Shown: piece after piece, positions 22,873 through 32,545 of the stretch
Position numbering within the stretch: position 1 is the stretch's first letter
How the letters are laid out: each line of letters begins with the position of its first letter
Assembly: GCF_001194135.2 (NCBI RefSeq)
Contig: NC_068984.1
Location: 12,488,100-12,522,852, forward strand
Length of the DNA stretch: 34,753 nucleotides
Direction: 5' to 3'
DNA from: Octopus bimaculoides
Taxonomy: Eukaryota
Notes under the pieces: generated by a model
Told to the model about the DNA's origin: nothing
The model's input: only the letters and a program-made list of their open reading frames with translations
The model's database searches: none
Made by a program: the position numbers and the translations under genes

Positions 22873-23230
22873 GGAAGTCAATATACAATATAGCCACTAA
22901 TATAGTTATGAATTTTCTTTCTCTGGTAAGACATTTCTCACCGACACACACAGATACAACAAAATCATCAATACCTATGACGTACATTTCATCTTTTCCT
23001 ACGTGGATAGCAATGATTCCTACGTCACGCTACAAGTGAAAACACAAGCTTAGGTCGCCTCTCTCTCTCTTGCTAACAACCAGTTTCTAATTACAGATAA
23101 CCCCCAATCAGACCATCCTGAAAATCCTGACTTTCCAAACCAGTAAAGTAATATATATAGAGCAGCTAAAACTCTGTCTACCTGACTCCTACCTGCCTGC
23201 ACACATGTCTATCTGTCTGTCTGTCACTCT

Positions 23231-23267
<37 letters not shown>

Positions 23268-23273
23268 GGTACA

Positions 23274-23307
<34 letters not shown>

Positions 23308-23714
23308 NNNNNNNNNNNNNNNNNNNNNNNNNNNNNNNNNNNNNNNNNNNNNNNNNNNNNNNNNNNNNNNNNNNNNNNNNNNNNNNNNNNNNNNNNNNNN
23401 NNNNNNNNNNNNNNNNNNNNNNNNNNNNNNNNNNNNNNNNNNNNNNNNNNNNNNNNNNNNNNNNNNNNNNNNNNNNNNNNNNNNNNNNNNNNNNNNNNNN
23501 NNNNNNNNNNNNNNNNNNNNNNNNNNNNNNNNNNNNNNNNNNNNNNNNNNNNNNNNNNNNNNNNNNNNNNNNNNNNNNNNNNNNNNNNNNNNNNNNNNNN
23601 NNNNNNNNNNNNNNNNNNNNNNNNNNNNNNNNNNNNNNNNNNNNNNNNNNNNNNNNNNNNNNNNNNNNNNNNNNNNNNNNNNNNNNNNNNNNNNNNNNNN
23701 NNNNNNNNNNNNNN

Positions 23715-23746
<32 letters not shown>

Positions 23747-23797
23747 GCATACATACATACATAAAATAATTAAAGGTAATGCTATGTTACTTAGTAA

Positions 23798-24015
23798 TAC
23801 TCATTATTATTATCATTATCATTATTATTATTATTAATTATTATTATTATTATTGAGTGAGAGAGCAGCACACACCATCAAAGTAACACTAGGGTACAAT
23901 TATAAGAAGCCCAATATACCCACCATGACAATCCGTCTGATTAGGGTGCACCAGGTACATGCATCACAACCACATCTTGTAACAAGATAAACAGCGCATA
24001 ACCTTGCAGGTGGGG
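23798..24015 (-). mobile_element. Interspersed repeat, probable non-LTR element 3' end with (AAT)n tail
   Basis: (ATT)n tract followed by GAGTGAGAGAGCAG..CCATCAAAGT..CCCAATATACCCACCATGAC..GCATCACAACCA..GACAGCGCA-like..CCTTGCAGGTGGGG, recalled as a common octopus repeat. Not verified. Confidence 0.45.
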
Positions 24016-24385
24016 TCTGTCCTTGTTTGTCCCCTCTATGTTTAGCCCCTTGTAGGCAATAAAGAAATAAGAAATTAGAAAACGTGTAAAATGTCGTTAC
24101 ACTGCGAAAGGGTGAAAACAAGGGGAGGTAAGCAAATGTAGTTCGAGGTTTTGGTCATTCAAATTTCAGATTATGATTGGATCCAGGCTCCACACATTTC
24201 TGACACAAGCACTTTCATGCACTTTATAACCCCACCACAAAAAAGCAGCAGAAAAAAAACCCAGCAAGTAAACGAAAGCTGTAAATACATATTGTTAATT
24301 TCAGTCGGGGTGGTCATTTTTTTTTTGCCAAATAAACTCACGCACTAAATATTCATTCTTTACTTCATATTTATTATTGTCCTTT

Positions 24386-24429
24386 GTCTGAAAATCTTTC
24401 GTCACACATTCTGTGACCTCTTCAGCGAC
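24386..24429 (-). ncRNA. Minimal type I hammerhead ribozyme motif (left arm)
   Basis: Minus strand: GUCG-CUGAAGA-G-GUCACA(GAAUG)UGUGAC-GAAA-GAUUU-U-C(A)GAC. Intact core, perfect 6-bp stem II, loopless quasi-palindromic stem III AGAUUU, and stem I GUCG/CGAC with one bulged A. Confidence 0.6.
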
Positions 24430-24499
24430 TCTCCACCCTACGTGTCTCCTTCTGTTATGGGATGGACAGTCGCTGAAGAGTTCAAACACGTAGGACGGT

Positions 24500-24545
24500 G
24501 AATCACTGAAGAGGTCACAGGATGTGTGACGAAAGATTTTCAGAC
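24500..24545 (+). ncRNA. Minimal hammerhead ribozyme motif (right arm)
   Basis: CUGAAGA (24506-12), G, GUCACA(GGAUG)UGUGAC, GAAA (24531-34), GAUUU U CAGAC. Stem I pairing is poor because the 5' strand reads AAUCA. Confidence 0.5.
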
Positions 24546-24648
24546 AAAGGACAATAAAATGAAAATAATAATAAATCTGATACAGTTCTATATTTAAGAG
24601 ATGAGGAATTATGTACATTTTTTACATTATTTACATTTGACGGGCATA

Positions 24649-24703
24649 TGGCGTAGTGGTTAAGAGCGCGGGATACTAACCCCTAGAGTCCGAGTTCGAT
24701 TCC
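24649..24703 (+). promoter_or_regulatory. Internal RNA polymerase III type 2 promoter (A box and B box)
   Basis: A box TGGCGTAGTGG (24649-24659) and B box AGTTCGATTCC (24693-24703) at tRNA-like spacing. The cloverleaf acceptor stem is not intact. Confidence 0.75.
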
Positions 24704-24798
24704 AGGCAGTGACCTGAATAATAATAATTATAATAATAATAACAACAACATCGAAAAATACCTTAGCAATGAGAACCCAGGTTCAAAAATTTCCCCAA

Positions 24799-24844
24799 GA
24801 CACCTGATGAAAGCTGGAGGGTATATCAGCCGAAACGTTGTGTT
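24799..24844 (+). ncRNA. Minimal type I hammerhead ribozyme motif
   Basis: GACAC-CUGAUGA-A-AGCUG(GAGGGUAUAU)CAGCC-GAAAC-GU-U|GUGUU: 5-bp stem I, intact core, palindromic ACGU stem III, predicted cut after 24839. The basal stem II pair is A-C (24812/24831), so this copy may be impaired. Confidence 0.7.
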
Positions 24845-25317
24845 AACAACAAACAAGATAAGGACAAATATCCATCAAATGTAAATAATGTAAATAATGA
24901 AAATAATAAATCTGGAGTGAAAAACGAATATATAGTGCATATGTTTATTTTGCAAAGAAAACAACAACAAAAAAACAAAACAAAACAAAACAAAAAAAAA
25001 CAAAATAAAAAAAAATTACCGTCCTGAAATATAACAATATTTATTTCAACACATGATTTCACATCAAGAATCTTGCAAAACAAATACATAAAAGTAAATA
25101 CATACATATGCACATACCTACGCACACATATCACTTTATCTTGTGGTACCTTGTTACAGCTTAGTAGAGTGAGTCATTTGAGTGTTAACCACGGTTGAAG
25201 CACAGTACCGTTGTCAGAATAGAAAGAGATGTCCCATTGGCTGTTAGTCTAACATTGGTAGGATGTTGAAATGTGAAATACACAGAAGCAGTGAAGGAGT
25301 GTTTTATTATAATGGGC

Positions 25318-25450
25318 GTATAAATGGCGGTATGGTTAAGATGTTTGCTTCGCAACCTCATTGTTTTAAGATCGATCCTACCGTACGGCCTCGGGTTGAC
25401 CAAAGTCTTATAAATTAAATTTGAGAAACGGAAATTGTGTGTAAAGCCTT
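25318..25450 (+). mobile_element. Decayed SINE family B 5' portion
   Basis: ATGGCGGTATGGTTAAGATGTTTGCTTCGCAACC..GCCTCGGGTTGACCAAAGTCTT..GAAACGGAAATTG. Confidence 0.6.
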
Positions 25451-26189
25451 CAGAGGTTTCCACATAGTTCCCCTTCATGGGTGGTAAACTTAACACGTAT
25501 TTGTTTTAATAGCAACAGCTTGTTACCTTGGGTGCCTATCGTGAAAGACTTGGGGGCTAAGCCTCTGGTGTGGGAATCACTTTCTGGTTGCCTTCAGAGC
25601 AGGTGTTACCTGCTACGAAGACCTGAATAGGGCCATGGACATTGCTCTTTCTTCCATTAAAAAGTGAAATAAAAATAGTAGAACTAGCAATAATGCGATC
25701 CCTTTTAGGTCTTTGTCTATTCTTGGTTGCATTAATAAATGGCTGGATAAATGACAAGATGGACAAATATACGCATGAACAGAAGAATAAATAGATGGTT
25801 ATATAAATAGATGATTAGATAAAAATAAATACTGATAAACGGAGAGATAGAACGATTATAAATATATAATCAAGATGGAGGTAAGTGGGAGGAAAACACG
25901 GAAGTTTTGTAATGTAGGAAAGCTAGACGGGAGAAGGAAGCGGGTGAAGACAGACATATTGAAAACAAAAATGGAGGAAAAAAAAACGACAAAAGACAAA
26001 CAAAACGTAAACAAAACAAACATAATAATAAAATGAAAGTGAAGAAGGCAACTTATAGACAAATACAGGAAAGCAGTTCTATTAGATATTGATTGATGCA
26101 ATGAAAGACCGAAGAAAAGTTAACAAGGTGTAGGCAGGCATTGGCGGCGGCGATGGCGGAGTAGTAATTTGATATCTGGAATAATGATT

Positions 26190-26534
26190 ATACATACGTA
26201 CGTACATACATGCATACACATATGTATATATATATGTGTGTATGTATGTATATATATATGTATGTATATATATATGTATGTATATATATATATGTATATA
26301 TATGTATATATGTATATGTATATATATGTATATATGTATGTATGTATGTATATATATGCATATATATATGTGTGTGTATGTATATACATACATATGCATA
26401 CACACATACATATGTATATGTGTGTGTGTATGTATATACATACATATACATACACACATATACATGTATGTATATATATGTTTGTGTATATATATTTATA
26501 TGTATCCATATACATCCATATTTATATATCTATA

Positions 26535-26587
<53 letters not shown>

Positions 26588-26750
26588 CATATTTATATAT
26601 CTCTCTCTTTACACACACACGCACATATAAATATCGTTATATATATATATGTGTGTACGTGTGTATGTGCATGCATACACACACATATATACATGTATGT
26701 ACAAATACACACAGACACACACACACACACACACATATATATATGTATGT
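26190..26750. repeat. Long compound (TA/TATG/CATA/CA) microsatellite
   Basis: Direct reading; source of the cluster of MYIY/HTHI ORFs. Confidence 0.95.
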
Positions 26751-26863
26751 TGAAGATTTGATATTATAAGATAAAATAGAAAATATAAGTGAAGTTTAAT
26801 AAGACAAGGACAATCGAGGTTAATGTTATGTTTGATTAGATGAATATAAGAAATCAATATGGT

Positions 26864-26865
<2 letters not shown>

Positions 26866-26914
<49 letters not shown>

Positions 26915-26942
26915 AGAGAGAGAGGGGAGAGAAAGAGAGAGG
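26866..26942. repeat. (GA)n microsatellite
   Basis: Direct reading. Confidence 0.95.
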
Positions 26943-27200
26943 GTAGGTATCCTATTTATTACATAAATCTATATTAAGACAAACCCAGCGGTGGGGACGG
27001 CAGGAGTTATAAAATGTCAGCTTTCATGATATTTTTTTTTGCAGTAATCTTTATGCGTCACCGTTGTTGTACTCATGTACTCACATGTTCTTTATTTTCT
27101 ATTGGTCGATAAATCAAGTACTTGTGATGTCATGAAGACGATTCAAGGACTTATAACTCTTCCTTTCTTTTCAGAAATTATCTTTTATCTTTTTGTTTGT

Positions 27201-27371
27201 TTCTTTTATTTGTTTCAGTGATTAGACTGTGGCCCAGGCTGGAGCACCGCCTTGAAGAATTTCTAATCGATCGAATCGACCCCAGTACTTCTTTTTAAAG
27301 CCTGGTACTTATTCTATCGGTCTCTTCTGCTGAACTGCTAAGTTATGGAACGTAAACGCACCAACGCCGGA
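27201..27371 (-). mobile_element. SINE family B 3' half
   Basis: TTTGTTTCAGTGATTAGACTGTGGCC..CTGGAGCACCGCCTTGAAG..TCGACCCCAGTACTT..CTATCGGTCTCTTCTGCTGAACTGCTAAGTTA. Confidence 0.85.
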
Positions 27372-28713
27372 AAGTGTAATGACGTTTGTTTCTGGTAGGA
27401 CCTTACAAGGTACCTGAGGACTTTACACTCACAACCCTCTCATTTTGAAGATGTTTGCAAAAACCAAGAGTAAGAGAAGAAAACACATCTCGACTATGCT
27501 GCTGTTTCACATCTTCAAAATGACTTTCTAAAATGAAATTCTATTATGCAGCTGAGGAGTACATTTTCATTGTATTTTCTGTGATGTTCTCACTACATGA
27601 ATAAATGGAGCTTGTACGAAACGTACGTACTGCTATAACCTATTGAATTTTTGTTGCTTAACTTCAAATTTTATTCACCAAATCTCTTGATTTTGTTTTT
27701 GGTTTTTATCCTACCAAATTCTAGTGCCTCAAACATTTTAAGTACCACATTTAATCTTTTGATTAAATCTATATTATTATTCTAAGTATATAAGTATGTA
27801 TGTATATATATGTAANNNNNNNNNNNNNNNNNNNNNNNNNNNNNNNNNNNNNNNNNNNNNNNNNNNNNNNNNNNNNNNNNNNNNNNNNNNNNNNNNNNNN
27901 NNNNNNNNNNNNNNNNNNNNNNNNNNNNNNNNNNNNNNNNNNNNNNNNNNNNNNNNNNNNNNNNNNNNNNNNNNNNNNNNNNNNNNNNNNNNNNNNNNNN
28001 NNNNNNNNNNNNNNNNNNNNNNNNNNNNNNNNNNNNNNNNNNNNNNNNNNNNNNNNNNNNNNNNNNNNNNNNNNNNNNNNNNNNNNNNNNNNNNNNNNNN
28101 NNNNNNNNNNNNNNNNNNNNNNNNNNNNNNNNNNNNNNNNNNNNNNNNNNNNNNNNNNNNNNNNNNNNNNNNNNNNNNNNNNNNNNNNNNNNNNNNNNNN
28201 NNNNNNNNNNNNNNNNNNNNNNNNNNNNNNNNNNNNNNNNNNNNNNNNNNNNNNNNNNNNNNNNNNNNNNNNNNNNNNNNNNNNNNNNNNNNNNNNNNNN
28301 NNNNNNNNNNNNNNNNNNNNNNNNNNNNNNNNNNNNNNNNNNNNNNNNNNNNNNNNNNNNNNNNNNNNNNNNNNNNNNNNNNNNNNNNNNNNNNNNNNNN
28401 NNNNNNNNNNNNNNNNNNNNNNNNNNNNNNNNNNNNNNNNNNNNNNNNNNNNNNNNNNNNNNNNNNNNNNNNNNNNNNNNNNNNNNNNNNNNNNNNNNNN
28501 NNNNNNNNNNNNNNNNNNNNNNNNNNNNNNNNNNNNNNNNNNNNNNNNNNNNNNNNNNNNNNNNNNNNNNNNNNNNNNNNNNNNNNNNNNNNNNNNNNNN
28601 NNNNNNNNNNNNNNNNNNNNNNNNNNNNNNNNNNNNNNNNNNNNNNNNNNNNNNNNNNNNNNNNNNNNNNNNNNNNNNNNNNNNNNNNNNNNNNNNNNNN
28701 NNNNNNNNNNNNG

Positions 28714-28809
28714 CAATTACGGATATCCACAAACCAGGTTTCTGCTTTTGGTTATTCAACCTTGAGCTTCGTCAGTGTGGACCACCAGTTTAAATTCATG
28801 ACTGTTCAC
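28714..28809 (+). CDS. Possible coding exon, acceptor hidden in gap (QLRISTNQVSAFGYSTLSFVSVDHQFKFMTVH)
   Basis: Open frame from the gap edge to the candidate donor CAC|GTTAGT; 96 nt, phase 0/0 if G28713 ends an AG. Confidence 0.25.
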
Positions 28810-29046
28810 GTTAGTCTCTGACTGTGCAACTGGTTTTGTTTTGCGCCAAAATCAGAACACATGGTGCGTAAAAATATTTAAATGAAATATTCAAACACTG
28901 AGATTTGAAGTTAGATGTCACTACTGTTCATATCATCTGTGGATAAATTCAAAATTTGATGATATCACCAGTAGTAGCATTGGTGGAACGCAGTTATGAT
29001 AGCTTTAAGGAGCTATGAAATATCGTAATGATGCTTCCCTACCTCA

Positions 29047-29220
29047 ACACTGTTTGGCAACCGTCCTCGTAACTTAGCAGTTCAGCAAAAGGGACCGATA
29101 GTATAAGTAGGAGGCTTTTGAAAAATAAGTACTGGGGGCTGATTCGTTCGACTAAAGTTCTTTAAGGTGGTGATCTAGCATGGCCGCAGTCTAATGGTAG
29201 AAACAAGTAAAAGATAAAAG
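29047..29220 (+). mobile_element. SINE family B 3' half
   Basis: GTAACTTAGCAGTTCAGCAAAAGGGACCGATAG..TAAGTACTGGGG..GCATGGCCGCAGTCTAATGGTAGAAACAAGTAAAAGATAAAAG. Confidence 0.85.
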
Positions 29221-30043
29221 ATTAAAGATTTCCAAACAAAGAGAAACTGGACGATGTAGGGCGGTGTGTGTGTGTGTATAGAAACACACAGACGTTTTGA
29301 GTGAAGCGGTAAAAGTCGTCGTATATTTATGGACTGATAGTTTTCGATAGAAACTAAACGGAGAAGAATTTATATAAAAAAGATGAATGTGTACTTATAT
29401 TAGAAATATTTCGAAGAAAAGCAGTAAGTTTCTTATTATATTCATGGGCGGATAGATTTCGATGAAAGCTTAACATCAGAGACTTTATTAACACGCAAAC
29501 AAACGCGTAAATAAAACATGCGCCACAATACGAACACGCATACACATTAGCATCAGCGGACGCATGAGAATGGATCAAAGCACGATATGGAGATGTACAG
29601 CAGTCAACAAGAGATTCCTATACACATAGATGCAAGTTATATATTTAAATATATACACAAGAACTACTGCGTGTGTTCGTGTGTGTATGAATATGTACAA
29701 ATGTGTATGTACACATATATGTGTGTATGGGTATGTATGTAAATATGTGTGCGTGTATTAGTTAATATGTTCACCGGGAGTTATTCAGCAGATATGGACG
29801 CATGCGCATAAATATACGCACATATGCATGAACGCATAATATTGTTCACGCAAAAGTTCAATGGTCACCAACGTTTTAATCTTCGAATGAGCTGTTACGA
29901 TTGAAAAAAAATATATATATATGAATACATTTATTGATTGGATCTTGTTGTCATCATGATGCCGCCCTGGTCGGTGGGAATTCAATAAGATATTGACTGC
30001 TTAGTAAAATGTACATTATTCTGCTGCTTCTTTTCCTTCTCAG

Positions 30044-30289
30044 ACCAACTGCGTAATTACTCTAATTGCTATCCTTAATGTCACGCCCAAATATTGCATT
30101 GAAAAGGAGGCCTCGACAATACAGTTGAATACGTCTGTGTTTGGCATGAAGAGATGCGAAAATTACTGCAACCCATTAACCTTCAAGATTGTAAAGTATT
30201 TTGCTCACTATGACGCCATCTATGAACTAGTAATCAGTTGTTCCCCTTTATTTTCTTCCGATGTCAAAATCCTTGGTCGCACGCTATGA
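30044..30289 (+). CDS. Candidate coding exon (TNCVITLIAILNVTPKYCIEKEASTIQLNTSVFGMKRCENYCNPLTFKIVKYFAHYDAIYEL...; 81 codons to TGA, possible internal donors at 30191 or 30230)
   Basis: Very strong acceptor CTGCTTCTTTTCCTTCTCAG|; only frame 0 stays open from the acceptor. Product not recognised. Confidence 0.35.
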   Translation, partial: TNCVITLIAILNVTPKYCIEKEASTIQLNTSVFGMKRCENYCNPLTFKIVKYFAHYDAIYELVISCSPLFSSDVKILGRTL

Positions 30290-31052
30290 CATTAGACTAT
30301 TCCCCAGAACCTGAGTCAGTTTGATAGTCGGGTTAAATATATGCATACCGCCCGATGGGCATCTAAACAAGTGCCATTTGGTTCTGACACGAAAAGAAGC
30401 TTAATGCACTCTGTTTTGGGGTAGTTCTATCTATTGTGTTCAATTCACGCCATCAATGGCTTTCTCAAATTAAATAGTTCTGCAATGTGTGTATTATATT
30501 CTGTATTCAGGAATACAAAATAGGCTGTGGCTTACTATACACTGCAAAATAGAAAGAAGGGAAATAAAGAAAAGTTTTTATGGATATCAATATAAATTAC
30601 AGATTATGCATTTATGTGTATATATAAGCATAAACATACACAAACACACACACACGCGCATGCACACACATATTATTTACAAATTTACAAATTTCTCACC
30701 AATAGAAAAAGTGCCGGTTTCCAACTCAGGAACAAGCTGCTCTCGGAGGAATTTAGAAAACATCAACTAGATAGTCCATACATGTGTGTATCTGTACAAG
30801 TATGTCTTTGCATATGCGTGCGCTAGTCTGCATGCTTTCACTCATGTATATGCATACATACATATATTTGCATATGTTCCATTAACAGGATGTAAATGTA
30901 ATTTTTAATTAGCTGTGTCCATTTGGATTGGTGAAACCAAATTTCTCAAGATTGATGCGCGAGCAGTTACTGACATACACATATGCTCCATAAATCTCAG
31001 GTATAAATCTAAATAGTTAAGCTCTGGACGTTGCATAAGCAAATATTCTTTT

Positions 31053-31240
31053 TTACTCTAGGCACAAGGCCCGAAATTTCTGGGGAGTGTGTGTGTGTGT
31101 GTGTGTGGGGGGGGTCAGTCGATTAAATCGCCTCAGTACGCAACTGGTACTTAATTTATGACGCCGAAAGGATAAAAGACAAAGTCAACCTCGGCGGAAT
31201 TTGAACTCAGAACGTGAAGACAGACAAAACACAGCTAAGA
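31053..31240 (-). mobile_element. SINE family A (5'-truncated) with internal (GT)n
   Basis: CTAGGCACAAGGCCCGAAATTT..CAACTGGTACTTAATTTATG..AAAGTCAACCTCGGCGGAATTTGAACTCAGAACGT. Confidence 0.85.
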
Positions 31241-31293
31241 GATAATGACCTGGGACATATAAATACTATTGGTAACAATGTTGTGGACTGGTT

Positions 31294-31496
31294 ACTCTTT
31301 TACTTGTTTCAGTCATTTGACTGCGGCCATGCTGGAGCACCGCCGTTTGTCGAGAAAATCGACCCCAGGACTTATTCTTTGTAAGCCTAGTACTTTTTCT
31401 ATCGGTCACTTTTTGCCGAACCGCTAAGTTACGGGGACGTAAACACACCAGCATCGGTTGTCAAGCGATGGTGGGGGGACAAACACAGACACACAA

Positions 31497-31553
<57 letters not shown>

Positions 31554-31720
31554 TACGACGGGCTTCTTTCAGTTTCTGTCTACCAAATCCACTCACAAGG
31601 CTTTGGTCGGCCCGAGGCTATAGTAGAAGATACTTGCCCAAGGTGCCACGCAGTGAGACTGAACCCGGAACCATGTGGTTGGTAAGCAAGCTACTTACCA
31701 CACAGCCACTCCTGCGCCTA
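31294..31720 (-). mobile_element. SINE family B, full length, best-preserved copy, internal (TA)n/(CA)n
   Basis: Reverse complement head TAGGCGCAGGAGTGGCTGTGTGGTAAGTAGC (A-box-like) and GGGTTCAGTCTC (B-box-like); tail ATGACTGAAACAAGTAAAAGAGT. Confidence 0.93.
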
Positions 31721-32384
31721 CCTCTTTTTCAATCAGAAAGGAATATTTACTCTGTCCAAACTCTATTCCTTTACCCTTTCAGTATATCGTAATCAATTCA
31801 AGCCTCTTTTTCATACAATCCATGACTTAGGGATATGCTTCCAGCTCGTTAATTAAGAAACAATGTTTAAATTTATCTCTTCCTGTAAGTTATCACCTAG
31901 AGTTTAGATTTTCACAACAGAAAGAGTAACTGTTCGCAGCTAGTGTTAAACATCATTATAAATAGATGTCCCCTTGAAATATATTCCTGCATTCTTCTAC
32001 ATTTTCAGACATAATGCAACCACGTCTTGCATTTGATATCATGTTGATGTCTCAAGACGGATCCACGCTGTCATGGTGTTGATTATAGTTTCTGGAGATA
32101 TAGCAAGTCGAAAGGGCTCTGAAGTTTATATGTGCGAATCTATGTTAATATGTACGAACACAGGGTATATATGTATGCATGAAAATATGTATGTATGTAT
32201 GTATATATGCATGCATGTATGTATGTATCTATCTATCTATCCATCCATCCATCCATCCAACTTCTTTAAACAATGTAGTCAGACGCTGTTTCTTTTCTGT
32301 GAGATTCAAAAGTACTCAATCCCACTCTTAAAGACTTTCATAAAGTGTTCATTGAATAAATATAACCAACCCACTTATACTGGT

Positions 32385-32545
32385 TTCAAATTTTGGTACA
32401 AGGCCAGCAATACTCAACCGTCACTTATTTTATCGACCCCGAGAGGATGAAAGGCAAAGTCAGCCCCGGCGGAATTTGAACTCAGAATGTAAAATGCCGC
32501 TAAGCATTTTGCTTGACGTGCTAACGATTCTGCCAGCTCGCCGCT
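32385..32545 (-). mobile_element. SINE family A
   Basis: Reverse complement GCGGCGAGCTGGCAGAATCGTTAGCACG..TCTGAGTTCAAATTCCGCCGGGGCTGACTTTGCCTTTCATCCTCTCGGGGTCGATAAAATAAGT. Confidence 0.9.

Larger units (their letters stand above)
24374..24557. mobile_element. ~185-bp palindromic element whose arms each carry a hammerhead motif (probable PLE-derived inverted termini)
   Basis: 24374-24425 vs 24506-24557 is a 52-bp inverted repeat with 1 mismatch. Imperfect pairing continues to about 24445/24486 (CCTACGTGT/ACACGTAGG). Confidence 0.8.
24616..24899 (+). mobile_element. tRNA-headed SINE-like element carrying a hammerhead motif and inverted termini
   Basis: tRNA-like head at 24643-24714 with A and B boxes, (AAT)n/(AAC)n linker, HHR at 24799-24844, (TGTAAATAA) tail. 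24621-24643 is the reverse complement of 24872-24894 (22/23), extending to about 28 bp. Confidence 0.8.

Noticed and set aside
24643-24714. Genuine tRNA gene
   Set aside because: A and B boxes are present, but there is no intact acceptor stem or cloverleaf and no downstream T-run terminator; it continues into a SINE-like body. The same applies to 34082-34140.
22490-28809. Resemblance of RKIIIRDYPL-QLRI to Nup210 (RELYLEDSPLELKI) or to thioester-protein MG domains
   Set aside because: It is a short motif across a hypothetical junction, and the flanking residues do not align well enough to name a gene.
902-28821. Long ORFs in the supplied track (130-455 aa)
   Set aside because: They run through N-gaps and/or microsatellites (poly-X, HTHT, MYVC, ERER, SLSL) and are translation artefacts.
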